A DNA stretch of 64,000 nucleotides, taken from Candidatus Bathyarchaeota archaeon. GTDB taxonomy: Archaea > Thermoproteota > Bathyarchaeia > Bathyarchaeales > Bathycorpusculaceae. Of this stretch, positions 21,130-32,401 are shown piece by piece (the first letter of the stretch is position 1; each line of letters begins with the position of its first letter). The stretch lies in the NCBI GenBank assembly GCA_963775685.1, contig CAVZJV010000014.1, positions 768,001-832,000 of the forward strand, read 5' to 3'. A program made the translations under genes and the position numbers. The notes below the pieces were generated by a model. It searched no databases. It was not told the DNA's origin and worked only from the letters and a program-made list of their open reading frames with translations.

Positions 21130-23772
21130 ATGAAAATTCTAAAAAATAAGACTGCGGCCATAGCAATTGCTTTGCTCTTGATGTTTTCGATGTCGACTTC
21201 AACTACGCTATTACCAACCGCTACAGCGCATACACCCCCGTTTGTTTATCCGACATACGCGTTTATCAGTGTTCAACCAACCCCCGTTGGTATAGGTCAA
21301 CAAGTGTCTGTTAACTTTTGGATTGATAAGGCAGTGCTGACAGCCAATGGCGTTTATGGTGACAGATGGCAAAATTTCATGGTGAACGTTACTAAACCAG
21401 ATGACACCACTGAAAAGTTGGGGCCATTCACATCCGATGCAGCAGGAGGAGGACACACTTATTACACGCCCAGCACCCTCGGCAACTACACTTTCGTCTT
21501 CAGCTTTCCAGGACAAACATTATTAGGCGCCAATCCAGGCCCATCAGGCACATCTAATCCTAACAACATTGGCGATTATTTCGAACCCAGCACAAGTGCA
21601 CCATATATATTGTTTGTACAACAAGAGCCATCGCCACTTTTGCCAACAAACCCGCTCCCAACAAACTATTGGACACGCCCCATATTTGACAACAACTTGG
21701 CGTGGTACCCGATCGCCGGAAACTGGCTTGGCGGCGGCGCCGGAGGAAATAGTGGATGTGTTTACAATTCTACATCAAACTACGCTCCATACAGCACAGT
21801 CCCAACTACTGCCCACATAATGTGGACAAAACCATATGCCCCCGGAGGACTCATCGGGGGAGAATTTGGCGGCAACCAAGTGAACAGCAACTTCTATGCA
21901 ACCTCCCAATATGAACAAAAATTCGCTGGAGTTATCATCAACGGAGTATTGTACCGGACTTTAGAACCAGGGTCCACTAACAACTACATGGGCTGGGAAG
22001 CAACAGATCTGCGAACTGGAAAAACAATATGGTATCAAAATCAGTCTGCTACCACATGGCTAAGGATGGGTCAAATATTTGATTATGTTTCAATCAACCA
22101 ATTCGGAGGTCTCGCATACTTATGGGCCAATCTACCAACAGTAGCTCCCAACACAGGCAATACTTATGGCATGTACGACGCAATGACGGGAGGATGGATA
22201 TTGAACATAGTTAATGGCACCGCGCCGACGTGGGCGCAGGGACCCAACGGAGAGGTGTTAGGATACTATATCAACTCGACCTCAAAAACGCTGAACATGT
22301 GGAACTCAACCCAAGCCATCTTAAGAGGACCAACTGGAAGGGGGGACACGAATAGTCAGACATGGAGACCTAGTGCAGGAGCGTCTATTCCATGGTCATA
22401 CGGAGTGCAATGGACAGTGCCGATGGTCACGACGATAAAATTAGCCAATGGAACCACGGTAGACATCAATGAACAATATGCCCAAGATTCGGGAGATACT
22501 GATTTTCCTCTAGCCATAACTAAAGTCGCCGACATAATACTCGTAGATAATAGCTTGGCAGGGGGCAGGTTTGACGAGCCAGGTTACATAATTCAAGAAG
22601 CTTACAGCCCAATCGACGGGCATCTGCTGTGGGGCCCGTTAAACCAAACGATGACGCCGTTTGTTAGGACATCGATAGCTGCTATCGGAGATGGAGTTTA
22701 CACTCTTTTCATTTATGCAACGCAGTCATTTTATGGCTACAGCACAGCTACAGGAAAGCAGATCTGGGGACCCGTATCAATAGCAGTCGAAGATAATCCA
22801 TGGGGATACTATATTACCCACGCGGTAATCGGCGCTAACAACCAAATGTACGTGGATACATTCGGAGGGAACGTATGGGCTCTTGACATCACAAACGGAG
22901 CAATCATATGGCATAACAGCACTAATGCAGTCTCAAGTAGAGGAGTCGCAGGAGCGAATACTCCTTACGGTGTGTGGACTATCGCGAACGCTCCGGTCTT
23001 AACCAACGGAGCGTTTGTCACTATGGGAGGCCACTTATACAGCCCACCACTATATAATGGAGGCTCGATGTGTGTCTGGAACACGACTAACGGAAACCTA
23101 TTATGGGAGATCCTGGATTTCGCCACTTCAAACGGTGGTGAAGCCACTGTTGGCGACGGTTACATGGTGGTGACAAATGGCTATGACAATCAGTTGTACT
23201 GCTATGGCAAAGGACCAAGCCAAACAACTGTTATCGCACCTAACGTTGGCGTGACAACCTCAACACCAATAACGATAAGAGGAACAGTTACAGACATCGC
23301 TTCAGGCTCACAACAAGACGCAATGATAGCAAACTTCCCCAACGGTCTACCAGCTGTATCTGACGCAAGCATGACACCATTCATGGAAGCAGTTTATGAA
23401 CAGCAGCCAATGCCACATAACATAACCGGAGTCCCAGTAACAATATCTGTTACAGATTCTAATGGCAACTACAGAGATATCGGCACCACTACAAGCAATG
23501 CATATGGCACTTATAGTCTTAATTGGACACCAGACATTCCAGGCAACTACGAAGTCACTGCAACCTTTGCAGGCACAGAATCTTATTATCCATCCTCAGC
23601 AGCAACAGCCTTCTATGCTAGCGAGCCAGCAGCAACAACTGCGCCAATTGCTACCCCTGTATCAAACTCTGCAACAACGAGCGATCTTATGATAGGTATA
23701 GCTGCAATCATTGTTGTAATAGTCATAATTGGCATTGTATTGGTATTGCTGACGCTTAGAAAACGACCATAA
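21130..23772 (+). CDS. Secreted PQQ-like beta-propeller surface protein (paralog 1), C-terminal TM + RKRP
   Basis: Signal peptide, AHTPP..PTYAF, ATDLRTGKTIW-type propeller repeats, NGYDNQLYCYGKGP, Ig-like C-domain, TM tail. Confidence 0.85.
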   Translation: MKILKNKTAAIAIALLLMFSMSTSTTLLPTATAHTPPFVYPTYAFISVQPTPVGIGQQVSVNFWIDKAVLTANGVYGDRWQNFMVNVTKPDDTTEKLGPFTSDAAGGGHTYYTPSTLGNYTFVFSFPGQTLLGANPGPSGTSNPNNIGDYFEPSTSAPYILFVQQEPSPLLPTNPLPTNYWTRPIFDNNLAWYPIAGNWLGGGAGGNSGCVYNSTSNYAPYSTVPTTAHIMWTKPYAPGGLIGGEFGGNQVNSNFYATSQYEQKFAGVIINGVLYRTLEPGSTNNYMGWEATDLRTGKTIWYQNQSATTWLRMGQIFDYVSINQFGGLAYLWANLPTVAPNTGNTYGMYDAMTGGWILNIVNGTAPTWAQGPNGEVLGYYINSTSKTLNMWNSTQAILRGPTGRGDTNSQTWRPSAGASIPWSYGVQWTVPMVTTIKLANGTTVDINEQYAQDSGDTDFPLAITKVADIILVDNSLAGGRFDEPGYIIQEAYSPIDGHLLWGPLNQTMTPFVRTSIAAIGDGVYTLFIYATQSFYGYSTATGKQIWGPVSIAVEDNPWGYYITHAVIGANNQMYVDTFGGNVWALDITNGAIIWHNSTNAVSSRGVAGANTPYGVWTIANAPVLTNGAFVTMGGHLYSPPLYNGGSMCVWNTTNGNLLWEILDFATSNGGEATVGDGYMVVTNGYDNQLYCYGKGPSQTTVIAPNVGVTTSTPITIRGTVTDIASGSQQDAMIANFPNGLPAVSDASMTPFMEAVYEQQPMPHNITGVPVTISVTDSNGNYRDIGTTTSNAYGTYSLNWTPDIPGNYEVTATFAGTESYYPSSAATAFYASEPAATTAPIATPVSNSATTSDLMIGIAAIIVVIVIIGIVLVLLTLRKRP

Positions 23773-24110
23773 AAAAGCCAAACAAACAAAAACTATCTTC
23801 CCCTTTTTTAGTCCAAAAAATGCATTGGAGAAAAAAGCGCGCTGATTAGGCTTTGGATAAATTTAACTGTTGAAGCTGCAATCAAAATAGGTTTATGCAT
23901 TTTTCCTCTTCTCTCCTATTTCGGTTCTAGAGCCTCAGCAAACCCTAACCTTTGAACGCTTAAGAAATATGCATTTCTGATTAACAACCAGACTCACAAG
24001 ACTCTGCCCTGCAATGTACATGCATCGACTTTGCTCAAATTTTTCTGGAAAATTTTCGGACGCACTCGTGCGCTCGAGGTTGGTCTTTGAACGGATTTTA
24101 ACATTTCTGC

Positions 24111-24294
24111 TCATGCGGAATTGTTCTGAACGGATTTTTTGGTTGTCGCTATGTGTTCGCCTTGGACGACTTCCAACTGCCATTCCAAAGTGTCGCCCGG
24201 CTGGAGCCCCAAGAAGACGACTACTCCTTCAGGAACTGTCGCTCTAAACTTTAGAGTTTGGGTGCGCTATCGATGTTTTTGATTTTAGGCTCAT
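24111..24294 (-). pseudogene. AbrB/MazE/SpoVT-type DNA-binding protein, frameshifted
   Basis: MSLKSKTSIAHPNSK / RATVPEGVVVFLGLQPGDTLEW in two frames. Confidence 0.6.
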
Positions 24295-24399
24295 GCTTAA
24301 ATCATTGTTTCATTATTGATAGTTTTTAAAAAATGCAGAAAACGCCCCGCTATTTTTGTTATCCTTAATTAAGCTCAGTCAAACTCCGTTTGGTTTTTC

Positions 24400-25395
24400 T
24401 TAAAAGGTTGAAATATATTGATGAGGGCCAGGCCAAACAGGTGGAATCCTTCTCAATGTTCCTTCCATTTTTTTGATATGGGGTATTTTGAGAATTTCGT
24501 CATTTATTCTGATGATATCCTTACAATCTTTTACCAGAGCGACTGCTGATAAATCAAAATTGCCGCTAATTTTTACAATATATGAAACACCCGGTATTTT
24601 TGACAATTTGTCGGTAATTCTATTGACTTCCGATTGGTCAGCCAATGCCAAACTTATTTCTAGGATATTCTGAAAACCTACCTCTAGAGGATTAAATTGA
24701 ATTACAGCTTTAATATAATTGCCCATCTTAAGCTTTTCATATCTTCTTGAAACCGTCGCTGTTGATACACCTATCTGTTGACCCAATCTGTTGAATGTTA
24801 AGCGCCCATTTAACATAAGTGCATCAATAATTTTCTGATCAACCGCATCAAGATTATAAGTTGGTGCTTTTGTTGGAACTGTTACATCGCTAATGTCACA
24901 ATCTGGGTCAGAAAAAATGTTTTCAGGTATATTTCTACAATCAGTCCAAATATAGGTTTTGAAATCATTAATCTGATTTTGTCTATTTATAGATTGTTTG
25001 ACATTTTCAAGATCCCTTAAATTCTTTAAAAGCACTATAGCTGCCACGTTGTAAATGGAGTTATAATATTTGAACGCTCCTCCATTGAGGAATAGAATTT
25101 TTTGCAGCCTACTGCAAACATCTTCCACATTCTGGGACTCGACATTCATCATTATCATGGCAACAGCATCAAAGCCTAATTTGGGAACATTAATTTCTAT
25201 TGTGGAACCGACAATAATGTCTGACCTTTTCAATTCAATGAAATGTTTCCAAATGACTTTATCGGAGGTTTGACAATTTTTTGCGATGTCAGTAAAGTTT
25301 GTCCTCCCATCTCTTAAAAGCGCTTTAAGTATTTTGATGTCAATTTGTTCGAGGTCTCGCATAGCTGTAATTTTATTCTTAGCTAAATAAATCAT
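24400..25395 (-). CDS. Tandem-duplicated Lrp/AsnC-family regulator
   Basis: Two HTH+RAM units (IDIKILKALLRDGR; DAVDQKIIDALMLNGR..GVSTATVSRR). Confidence 0.88.
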   Translation of the reverse strand: MIYLAKNKITAMRDLEQIDIKILKALLRDGRTNFTDIAKNCQTSDKVIWKHFIELKRSDIIVGSTIEINVPKLGFDAVAMIMMNVESQNVEDVCSRLQKILFLNGGAFKYYNSIYNVAAIVLLKNLRDLENVKQSINRQNQINDFKTYIWTDCRNIPENIFSDPDCDISDVTVPTKAPTYNLDAVDQKIIDALMLNGRLTFNRLGQQIGVSTATVSRRYEKLKMGNYIKAVIQFNPLEVGFQNILEISLALADQSEVNRITDKLSKIPGVSYIVKISGNFDLSAVALVKDCKDIIRINDEILKIPHIKKMEGTLRRIPPVWPGPHQYISTF

Positions 25396-25762
25396 CTGCT
25401 TTAATATACTTCTTCAAATGTAGAAAGCCCAGTAAATAAACGATAAATTTTGGGTTTCCTTTATAAAATTTTTAAAAATACAATCCGCTTTTTAATACCT
25501 TGGATAAATTTAAAAACGAATTACCAATATAAAATTATACTTTTTACCTCTTATTTTAAACGTTCAATCTCGCATATAGGATTATTATTTAGAGCTGGAT
25601 CAGCTCTAATCTGAAAAATAATCGCTATGAAAAAGTAGATTGTTAGATTTAATTTCATAATTTATCCTTATTATGGCAAAGCTTATAAGCGTTCTTCATA
25701 AGCGTACCGAGAGAGAAAGTGCTTTGGCGCGATCTCTAAAAATTAAAGGAAGAAAAGAACAA

Positions 25763-28447
25763 ATGCAAAATCTTAAAGGTAAAACCTTAGCTATTTTGAT
25801 CGCATCAATCTTAACAGTTTCAATGGGATCTACAACTGTTCTATTGCCAATTGCTAACGCTCACACACCGCCTTATCAAATTCCAACATATGCTTTCATC
25901 AATGTTGCACCTAATCCTGCAGGCTTAGGACAGTCAGTTAACATTGGATTCTGGCTTGGCCAACCCACCCCGACAGCAGGCACAATTTACGGTGACAGAT
26001 GGTCAGGCATGACATTAAAAGTCACAAAACCCGATGGTACCACAGAAACCCTAGGTCCATTTACTGCTGATGATACAGGCGGAACATACAGTAGCTACAC
26101 ACCAAACCAACTTGGCAACTACACTTTCCAAATGAGTTTTCCAGGACAAACATTAGAAGGCACTAACCCCCCTCCGAGAGGATATTCTCCTGCAGTACAA
26201 GAAGATATTGGCGACTACTATGAGCCAAGTACCAGTGAAATAGCAACGCTTGCAGTGCAACAAGAGCCGATACCACTTATTCCGCAGAATCCGCTTCCAA
26301 CAACCTACTGGACTCGCCCAGTACAATCTGGGAACAGCTTATGGTATCAAATTACTGGCAACTGGCTTGGACTAGGCTCTTTATTTAGCGCTAGCACTGG
26401 CATGTACAATGCAACTGGAAACTACAATCCATACACTACAGCGCCGACAACCGCCCACGTTCTATGGACAAAGCCTATAGCATTCGGAGGTTTAATCGGT
26501 GGAGAATTCGGCGGAACAGATACAAGCAATTACTATGCAACACGACAGTACGAAAGAATGTTCCAGCCAATAATCATGAACGGTATACTATACTACGAAG
26601 AATACCCCGAAAGTACTCAAAACCCAACGGGTTGGGCAGCAGTAAACTTAAAGACAGGACAAACACTGTGGAGAGAAGATTCTACCAACTATGGTGGTGG
26701 TTCTCCAGCGCAAACAGCTCTATTACCAAATGGTTTGGTTACAACTCTAAGATGCGGACAATTACTTGATTATATGACTCCCAATCAATACGGGGCCTTA
26801 GCATACTTGTGGAGCACCGGAACCCCTGATGGAATAGTTTCGACTGGAACGACTTGGAACATGTTTGATGCTATGACTGGACAATATGTACTAAGCATTG
26901 TTAACGGTACTTCGCTCTCGCCGCTTGTAGAAGATGACGGGGGAAACTTGATTGGTTACTACGTCAACTCAAGTACTGCTAATGCATATCATGCACCTAC
27001 CTTGAACATGTGGAATTCAACGCAATGCATTGTTGAAGGAACCAACGGAGCTGCGGCTTGGCAATGGAGACCGACACAAAACGCCCAAATTCCGTTTTCG
27101 CTAGGCATAATGTGGTCAATGCCCTTAACTACTAACATTTCAGGTGCTGCTTTGCCTTCGACGCTTTCACTTCCAGGCGGTGCCTACTCTGTTACAGCTG
27201 CAACTTTCAATAGTGGCGTCCTGTTTATGCATGCGTTAGGTTCCACTGGAGGTTCCAGCTACAATACTGGATTTGATATCCAAGCAGGCTACAGTGCGGA
27301 CACAGGGAAACAGTTATGGATAGTTAACAGAACAGAAACGCCTTACACAAGAGTTGATTTTTCACAAACTTCACATGGAGTCTATGTTGAAATCAACCAA
27401 GATACAGCGGCTTGCACTGGTTACAATATCAACACAGGCCAGGTACAGTGGGGTCCAATTACGCTTCCAGATCCTGACCCTTACAACAGCATTGGTAGCT
27501 ATTATGGCCAAGTTGCTGACGGTATGCTCTACTTAAGCAGTTTTGGTGGAAACATCTACGCTATGAACATAGAGACGGGTGCTATCATTTGGCAAACTGA
27601 CACAAACACGCTTACTGGTGAAGCGGGTTCTGACACTCCTTATGGAGTGTGGCCTCTTTGGCAGTTTGGGAACCCAGGAGCTATTGCTGATGGAATGTTA
27701 TTTCTCGGTGAAGGCCATGAATACAGTCCGCCTCTTTTCCGCGGAGCACAGCAACTTGCAATAAATCTTACTGATGGAACGCTTGTTTGGAGCATGACAG
27801 CTTTTGATGTTGACGGCGGTACAGCTATTGCTGATGGAGTAATGCTAGCAGAAAGTTCGTATGATAATCAGATATACGCTTGGGCCATGGGACCGAGCAA
27901 GACAACGGTTACCGCACCTAGTGTTGGCGTAACGACTGCTACACCAGTGACGATTAGGGGGACGGTAAATGATATTTCGGCCGGCACGCAGCAAGAAGCT
28001 GTTGCGGCCAACTTCCCGGGTGGTCTTCCTTGTGTTTCTGACGCAAGCATGACGCTGTGGATGGAATTCGTCTATCAGCAGCAGCTTTGTCCGTCGAACG
28101 TGACTGGTGTTCCAGTAACACTTAGCGTTGTTGACAGTAACGGCAACTACAGACAAATCGGTACAACTACAAGCGATGCTAGCGGTATGTTCACTTACAC
28201 GTGGACACCTGATATTCAAGGTGACTATACTGTTATCGCAAACTTTGCAGGTACACAATCATATTATCCATCTTCTGCTGAAACATCATTCTATGCCAGT
28301 GATGCAGTAACTCCAGTACCAACTGTTGCGCCTCAATCAAACCTAGCAACGACAACAGATCTACTGATGTACATAGCGGTTGCAGCTATTGCAATAATTA
28401 TTGCAATCGCAATTGCTACAGTGCTATTACTCAGGAAAAGACCATAA
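25763..28447 (+). CDS. Secreted PQQ-like beta-propeller surface protein (paralog 2)
   Basis: Same architecture as paralog 1; start set at ATG 25763 after AAGGAAG; ends LLLRKRP. Confidence 0.85.
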   Translation: MQNLKGKTLAILIASILTVSMGSTTVLLPIANAHTPPYQIPTYAFINVAPNPAGLGQSVNIGFWLGQPTPTAGTIYGDRWSGMTLKVTKPDGTTETLGPFTADDTGGTYSSYTPNQLGNYTFQMSFPGQTLEGTNPPPRGYSPAVQEDIGDYYEPSTSEIATLAVQQEPIPLIPQNPLPTTYWTRPVQSGNSLWYQITGNWLGLGSLFSASTGMYNATGNYNPYTTAPTTAHVLWTKPIAFGGLIGGEFGGTDTSNYYATRQYERMFQPIIMNGILYYEEYPESTQNPTGWAAVNLKTGQTLWREDSTNYGGGSPAQTALLPNGLVTTLRCGQLLDYMTPNQYGALAYLWSTGTPDGIVSTGTTWNMFDAMTGQYVLSIVNGTSLSPLVEDDGGNLIGYYVNSSTANAYHAPTLNMWNSTQCIVEGTNGAAAWQWRPTQNAQIPFSLGIMWSMPLTTNISGAALPSTLSLPGGAYSVTAATFNSGVLFMHALGSTGGSSYNTGFDIQAGYSADTGKQLWIVNRTETPYTRVDFSQTSHGVYVEINQDTAACTGYNINTGQVQWGPITLPDPDPYNSIGSYYGQVADGMLYLSSFGGNIYAMNIETGAIIWQTDTNTLTGEAGSDTPYGVWPLWQFGNPGAIADGMLFLGEGHEYSPPLFRGAQQLAINLTDGTLVWSMTAFDVDGGTAIADGVMLAESSYDNQIYAWAMGPSKTTVTAPSVGVTTATPVTIRGTVNDISAGTQQEAVAANFPGGLPCVSDASMTLWMEFVYQQQLCPSNVTGVPVTLSVVDSNGNYRQIGTTTSDASGMFTYTWTPDIQGDYTVIANFAGTQSYYPSSAETSFYASDAVTPVPTVAPQSNLATTTDLLMYIAVAAIAIIIAIAIATVLLLRKRP

Positions 28448-28469
28448 ACACGATAAACCAAACTATCTT

Positions 28470-28520
28470 TCCCCTTTTTTAGTTTAAATTCAAGCGATCA
28501 AACTGGGGCTGAGTGGGCTT
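28470..28520 (+). repeat. Left arm of 51-bp perfect inverted repeat (includes the paralog terminator)
   Basis: tccccttttttagtttaaattcaagcgatcaaactggggctgagtgggctt is the exact reverse complement of 29366-29416. Confidence 0.95.
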
Positions 28521-28631
28521 TGGTTAAAATTCATGATACTAGCCATGTCGTGACTTAGCAATTGCATTGTTATTTCCAGAGCTTCAGCAACCATTTTTCT
28601 TCACGGCTGCTTTTCTAGTTCAGAAATCATT

Positions 28632-28697
28632 ATGGTGGATCGAGGGATTTGAACCCTTCATCCAGTGGAGATGTCACCCGCATATCCCCTTTTTTAT
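28632..28697 (-). repeat. att-like site: tRNA-3'-like fragment plus conserved arm
   Basis: tggtggatcgagggatttgaaccc followed by ccagtggagatgtcacccgcatatcccctttttt, near-identical to the arm at 32680-32713. Confidence 0.75.
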
Positions 28698-28800
28698 TTA
28701 ACATAGAAGGCCCTTAAAAAATTTCTGTTTTGTAAAGTGTTCGTTTAATTAATGGTTTAATTTATTTAGGGCTCAATTTGTAACTGTTTAGCGTTTTTAG

Positions 28801-28859
28801 AGAGGGATTAAATTGAACCCACCTCTCAGTGGAGACCTCGATCGCTTATCCCATTTTTT
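28801..28859 (-). repeat. Degenerate att-like site
   Basis: gggattaaattgaacccac..cagtggagacctcgatcgcttatcccattttt. Confidence 0.55.
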
Positions 28860-29230
28860 ATTTACCTATCTTAGCGGTTTTTCGATGCCTACTCAAAAGC
28901 TAATATTGATAGAAAGACAACTATAGTCACTATAACGCTGATAGGTAATATGTAATCAGTCAACTCCCAAAGCTGCGAATTTCTATCTGTTGGGAGTGAA
29001 GAGAATACGCTTGGTGAATTGGTTGCTGTCTGATTAGGCGTTGATGTTGGCGGATTTGTTGTTGCAGTTGGGTAGATGAAATTTCTCCAATATAGAAAAC
29101 AATTGGTTCTGATGAATCGGTAAAAGAAATACCTCCTGACTTATCGTGTATGTTTGCGGTAATCACGATGGAGTGAATACAATATGATAAACTAGCAGTC
29201 GTGTGGTTATTGCTAAAAACCGTCTCTGAG
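28858..29230 (-). pseudogene. 3' remnant of a secreted protein with S/T/P linker, TM and RHRK tail
   Basis: SEPIVFYIG / PTATTNPPTSTPNQTATNSP..YILPISVIVTIVVFLSILA / RHRKTAKIGK* across frameshifts. Confidence 0.65.
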
Positions 29231-29365
29231 ATAACATCAAAGAAATATGTCTTTAAGAAGTGCTAAATATGGTCGGTTATTGCTGGGGTTTGGACTCAGT
29301 TACTCTTGGAGAAAAGAAAAATGAAGAAACCAAACCTTGAATGCACACACAGCAAAGGTTATCAG

Positions 29366-29416
29366 AAGCCCACTCAGCCCCAGTTTGATCGCTTGAATTT
29401 AAACTAAAAAAGGGGA
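29366..29416 (-). repeat. Right arm of 51-bp perfect inverted repeat
   Basis: Reverse complement of 28470-28520. Confidence 0.95.
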
Positions 29417-29444
29417 GAAGGATTTTTCCATTTTTGTTTTTACC

Positions 29445-32216
29445 TTATGGTCGCTTTTTGAGCAGCAACAATGCGAGGACTAAGCCGACAACAATTATTG
29501 CAATGATTACGCCGATTATGCCTGGCACAAAGTATAGGTCAGCCATTGATAGAGCTGCGGTTGGCTGCGGTGTTGCTGTTGCAACTGGTTGATCAACTGA
29601 GAAAGCGGTTTCAGCAGATGATGGCCAGTAGCCATTGGTACCTGCGAAGGTTGCGATTACTCTGTATGCGCCGGAAATGTCTGGTGTCCATTGTAAACTG
29701 TAAAAGCCCTTTGCGTCTGTTGTTGTTGTGTCGATTGTTCGGTAATTGCTGTTTGCGTCTATGACATTGATTGTAACTTCAACGCCTGTGAAGTTGGTTG
29801 GAAGAGGTTTCTGTTGGTAAACATAGCCCATCCAGTCACTCATGCTCGCGTCTGAAGATACTGGTACACCGCTTGCAAAGCGGGCTGATTGCTCGTCTTG
29901 TGTGGTTCCTGTGGAAACATCCATCACTGTTCCGCTAATGGTTACGCCTTGACCTGAAGCTGCTGCGAGGTTTGGAGCTGAAACTGTTGTTGTGCTTGCG
30001 CCTCTGCCGACACAGTAGATTTGGTTGTCGTAACCGTTTAAGGTCACAGAGAAACCGTCTGCGATGTAGCCTGTATCTAAAGCGGCAAATGGTCCACCAG
30101 CCTCGGAGGTTACTTCGTTTAGTGTCCAGATTAGTTGTCCGGTTGTGGCATTGATAGCCTGCTGTTGTGCATTCCTGTAAATTGGGATTTGAAGAGTGTG
30201 TTCAGTGGTTGTTGTGTAGATTATTCCGTTCCCGATAGCGTACATTGTCATTGGGTATGGACCTGGAACTTCGAAGCCGCTGCTTGTACTGTTGCCTGCG
30301 CCGCCGTTACCATATGTCCAAAGTAAGTTGCCAGTTTGCAAATCAAAGCATGACATTACTCCGCCGAATCCATCGTAGTAAAGATTTCCATAAGCATATG
30401 CTGCTCCGTTTTCGTTCCCGCCGCTGTTGTATCCACTGTTGTAGTACATGAGTTGCGCTTGTGATTGATCGCCGACTGGGCCCCATAGTTTCTGTCCTGT
30501 CGCCATGCTGTATCCTACGAATTGCATAGATTCCTTATAGAATTCAACGAATACACCGTTTGTTGGAATGCTGTTGGCTGGTCCACTGTAACTCACTGTG
30601 ATGTTGCCGGTTGGTGGTTGGAGAGTGTTGCTCCATAGTTTAGCACCGATTGCACCTTTAGAGGCATTGAGGTTGATTCCAAAGTATATGTAGGGTGTTT
30701 GTGAGGTGCCAGACGGTGTAGAGCCGCTTCTGGCTACCATCATATCGCCTGCCCATGCTACGACTATAGTAGGAGCTGGTGTAATAGTGCTAAGCCAGTC
30801 TAATGAAACGTTCCAGTCATAACTGTATCGTAAACTGTTAGCGTTTACTACGTTTCCGTAGACTACGTAATTTTTAGTGGCGGGTTGTGTAGGGTCGTTT
30901 CCTGCGACTGCGCCTAGTGCTGGTTCAGGAACGCTTGCATACATTGCTTGAGTTGCGGTAATACTGGCTCCGGTAGTGGTGGAGTAGTTGTAAAGTGTTG
31001 GAGAGTTAATGACTGAGTTTGGTGACCATGGATTGGCAACGTTTTCCCAAAGACGTGACGAATTCCATTGGCTCAGATACATTTGTGGATTTGTAGCGGT
31101 GCCAAGGTTAGTTAGAATGAGTCTTAGCTGTTCTCCTTTTGGACCTACAACTTGGGTACCAGTAGGAACGCCAGTTACATTGAAAAGCGGACATCCAGTG
31201 TATGCATCAAATGCTTGCGCAAAGTTACTTGTGAAAAGTATTGGTGGATATGTTCCGTGTTGGTTGGGGTTATCGACATCATAGATGTAACCGAACGATA
31301 GCTGAGGGATTGCAGTGCTGCTCCAAATGATTTTTCCTGTTCGCAAATCTTGGCAAACAGTTGCTCCACTGGCGGCGCCTGTGAAGGTTACTGGTTTAGT
31401 ATAGTACATGTATCCATTCATTATTATCGTATTGGTGAATCTACCACTATATGCAGAGCCTTCAAAGTTTGTGGCGCCTGGCTGAGGTATGGTTCCTCCT
31501 ACGATTCCGCCAAAGTCAAGTGGATATGTCCACATAACATGGCTGGTTTGAGGTCCTATGGCGTTTCCTGGTGGAACGTTACAACCTGCTGCACCAGTCC
31601 CATAACCTGCTGAACCAGTGCCTAGCCAGTTTGAGGATATTGTGTACCAATAAATGTTTTCAGCGTATATTGGGCGTGCCCAGTATTCTATTGGAAGCGG
31701 TACAAGATCAGTAGTTGGAATTTGTTCCTCCTGCACGGTTAGTGTTGTCGATGAGGTACTTGGCAAATATGTATCGTTAATGTATAACGAGGTTGGTGAA
31801 TGTGAATAGTCATTAACGGCTTGTCCTGGATAAGTAAAGTTGAAGCTGTAAGTACCTACTTGTGTAGGGGTGAAGGTATAGACCTGGTTTGAGGTAGGAT
31901 CCGTGATATCCGTAAAAGTCCTTGTTTCGGTAGAACCATCAGGTGCGGTTATAGTGAGCTTATAATTATGGAATCTATAGTCGTTTATTTTCGATGCATC
32001 GGCATAAGTGTTAGATAACCACATGTATATAGTCGCTGTTTGACCGACACCTATAGGGTCAGGTACCGCTTGTACGAAAGCAAATGTTGAATTCTGCCAC
32101 TCTGGTGCGTGTGCACTTGTACTTGAAATAGTCACCATTGGAATAGTCATAGATAACGCTAGTAATATTGCAAATATAGAAATTGACGTTTTAGATTTGC
32201 TTTTTAGTAAGTTCAT
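29445..32216 (-). CDS. Secreted PQQ-like beta-propeller surface protein (paralog 3)
   Basis: AHAPEW, CQDLRTGKIIW, NGYDNQIYCVGRG, MADLYFVP-TM-KKRP. Confidence 0.85.
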   Translation of the reverse strand: MNLLKSKSKTSISIFAILLALSMTIPMVTISSTSAHAPEWQNSTFAFVQAVPDPIGVGQTATIYMWLSNTYADASKINDYRFHNYKLTITAPDGSTETRTFTDITDPTSNQVYTFTPTQVGTYSFNFTYPGQAVNDYSHSPTSLYINDTYLPSTSSTTLTVQEEQIPTTDLVPLPIEYWARPIYAENIYWYTISSNWLGTGSAGYGTGAAGCNVPPGNAIGPQTSHVMWTYPLDFGGIVGGTIPQPGATNFEGSAYSGRFTNTIIMNGYMYYTKPVTFTGAASGATVCQDLRTGKIIWSSTAIPQLSFGYIYDVDNPNQHGTYPPILFTSNFAQAFDAYTGCPLFNVTGVPTGTQVVGPKGEQLRLILTNLGTATNPQMYLSQWNSSRLWENVANPWSPNSVINSPTLYNYSTTTGASITATQAMYASVPEPALGAVAGNDPTQPATKNYVVYGNVVNANSLRYSYDWNVSLDWLSTITPAPTIVVAWAGDMMVARSGSTPSGTSQTPYIYFGINLNASKGAIGAKLWSNTLQPPTGNITVSYSGPANSIPTNGVFVEFYKESMQFVGYSMATGQKLWGPVGDQSQAQLMYYNSGYNSGGNENGAAYAYGNLYYDGFGGVMSCFDLQTGNLLWTYGNGGAGNSTSSGFEVPGPYPMTMYAIGNGIIYTTTTEHTLQIPIYRNAQQQAINATTGQLIWTLNEVTSEAGGPFAALDTGYIADGFSVTLNGYDNQIYCVGRGASTTTVSAPNLAAASGQGVTISGTVMDVSTGTTQDEQSARFASGVPVSSDASMSDWMGYVYQQKPLPTNFTGVEVTINVIDANSNYRTIDTTTTDAKGFYSLQWTPDISGAYRVIATFAGTNGYWPSSAETAFSVDQPVATATPQPTAALSMADLYFVPGIIGVIIAIIVVGLVLALLLLKKRP

Positions 32217-32401
32217 TTTTTTTACTCCTTTTATGATTTTTAAGTCAGAAAAGTAGTGCTAATAAGCCTTTCTTATCTATCGTGAGCTCAAAAAATTCTT
32301 GTGTGTTAATCTTCAGCAGGTAAAATGCCACTTGTCTTTTTGCTAATTTATTGTGATACTGTTCAAGATTGGGGAAGACCTGCGAAAGACAAGATCACCG
32401 T

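Noticed and set aside
28470-29416. MITE or IS element
   Set aside because: No transposase or target-site duplication, and the arms begin inside the flanking genes' terminators.
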